Assembly (NCBI GenBank): GCA_964577515.1
Contig: CAZNZN010000004.1
Coordinates: forward strand, 1 to 50,081
Source: an uncultured Candidatus Saccharibacteria bacterium
Lineage (GTDB): Bacteria; Patescibacteriota; Minisyncoccia; Phycocordibacterales; UBA9973
Direction of reading: 5' to 3'
Length of the DNA: 50,081 bases
Shown here: positions 49,575-50,081 of the stretch, piece by piece
How the letters are laid out: every line of letters starts with the position of its first letter
How positions within the stretch are numbered: the first letter of the stretch is position 1
Notes under the pieces: generated by a model
Databases searched by the model: none
Told to the model about the DNA's origin: nothing
Seen by the model: the letters and a program-made list of their open reading frames with translations, nothing else
Translations under genes and position numbers: made by a program

Positions 49575-49892
49575 ATGGGAAAGATTTTAGCAATTATCCT
49601 GGTGGTAGTAGTACTGTGGTTTGGGATTCCAAAGATAGCCCAAGCACAGTGGTTTGCCCCTACGCTCTATCCGAGCTACTGGTGGGGATCACCTGTCTAC
49701 AACTACCAACCACAGGCACGCCAGCAAGGCTACGGGTGGTTTAACCTCTCTTTCTGGAACGGACAACCCAGCGTACAAGCTGGCTACAGCCAGGGCTGGA
49801 ATACATGGAACCCTGGCACTGTATGGGGAGGAGGTGCACAAACGCTTCCGTACTATACCGGTGCAGCAAGTGCCTACGGTGGCTTTTGGTAA
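49575..49892 (+). CDS. Small secreted or anchored Trp/Tyr/Gly/Gln-rich low-complexity protein
   Basis: Signal or anchor MGKILAIILVVVVLWFGIPKIAQAQ followed by an aromatic-rich region (YPSYWWGSPVYNYQPQ, GYGWFNLSFWNGQP, GWNTWNPGTVWGGG). Confidence 0.55.
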   Translation: MGKILAIILVVVVLWFGIPKIAQAQWFAPTLYPSYWWGSPVYNYQPQARQQGYGWFNLSFWNGQPSVQAGYSQGWNTWNPGTVWGGGAQTLPYYTGAASAYGGFW

Positions 49893-49958
49893 TCCTTTTC
49901 TAGGAGCACGAAATGTGCTATAACTAGAGGGCTTTTTCTTGTGCAAAAAGCGACATAT

Positions 49959-50033
49959 TCCCTGGTAGCTCAGCGGTAGAGCAGTCGCCTGTTAAGCGAT
50001 TGGTCGTAGGTTCGAATCCTACCCGGGGAGCCA
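49959..50033 (+). tRNA. tRNA-Asn (anticodon GUU), CCA encoded
   Basis: Acceptor TCCCTGG/CCGGGGA, anticodon stem GTCGC/GCGAT with loop CTGTTAA, T-arm GTAGG-TTCGAAT-CCTAC, discriminator G, then CCA. Confidence 0.9.
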
Positions 50034-50081
50034 AATTGTATGTTGTGAGTTTGTTGCCTCGGCGCTTCGCGCCTCGGCAGG

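Noticed and set aside
1-50081. Possibility of an alternative genetic code (UGA recoding, as in some CPR lineages)
   Set aside because: All conserved genes are intact under the standard code with no in-frame TGA. Trp positions in conserved motifs use TGG. TGA terminates at least the 891-1310 ORF.
1-50081. Search for mobile-element or defence hallmarks (integrase, transposase, reverse transcriptase, cas genes, restriction-modification, toxin-antitoxin pairs)
   Set aside because: None of the translated ORFs shows the corresponding motifs. The two methyltransferases are small-molecule or RNA-type class I enzymes without a nuclease partner. The tRNA 3'-end duplications are therefore not called mobile elements.
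50034-50081. GC-rich sequence TTGCCTCGGCGCTTCGCGCCTCGGCAGG after tRNA-Asn
   Set aside because: It contains a short GGCGC-ttc-GCGCC hairpin and a CCTCGGC direct repeat, but it is cut by the window edge. It cannot be interpreted without downstream sequence.

Overview
This 50 kb chromosomal segment is gene-dense. It has a streamlined, CPR/Patescibacteria-like character: short versions of housekeeping proteins, few Shine-Dalgarno sites and many extended -10 promoters. This is inferred from sequence only, with no database search. The backbone is housekeeping: murG-ftsW-mraY, scpBA, aspS, trpS, dnaB, recR, rplU, corA, cysS, ddl, clpB, a cysteine desulfurase, infB, rbfA, gyrA, rpsA, pth, lepB, hisS, def, fmt, hpf and pyk. 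There are six tRNA genes: Tyr, Cys, Leu-UAA, Lys-CUU, Leu-UAG and Asn. No integrase, transposase, reverse transcriptase, cas gene or CRISPR array was seen. TGA behaves as a stop, so the code is standard.

The findings worth a second look are these:
1. An AT-rich operon at 17950-21604 encodes an E1/ThiF-like protein with a degenerate glycine loop, a PaaK/F390-synthetase-like adenylating enzyme and a double-length nitroreductase-like protein. It is tightly packed (3 nt apart, no terminator) with a multi-TM orphan histidine kinase. This is my best candidate for an undescribed modification system.
2. Five tandem VirB2/TrbC-pilin-like two-TM proteins (34128-37207) carry variable Cys-, Gln-, Thr- and Asp-rich ectodomains. 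The array is preceded by, and overlaps by 38 nt, the gene for an orphan solute-binding protein. No secretion ATPase is present.
3. Both tRNA-Tyr and tRNA-Cys are followed by an inverted copy of their own T-arm, a structured insert of about 120-130 nt, and a direct repeat of the tRNA 3' end.
4. The aspS leader is a T-box with a canonical antiterminator, a GAC specifier and a short Stem I.
5. A divergent module pairs an SPFH-like protein and a membrane partner with two helical unknowns.
6. Five small genes at the left edge are each wrapped in a near-identical terminator-promoter-short-leader cassette.
7. A structured leader of about 130 nt with an intrinsic terminator lies upstream of rpsA.
8. 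Several genes show leaderless architecture, with a -10 element, 6 nt and then the ATG.
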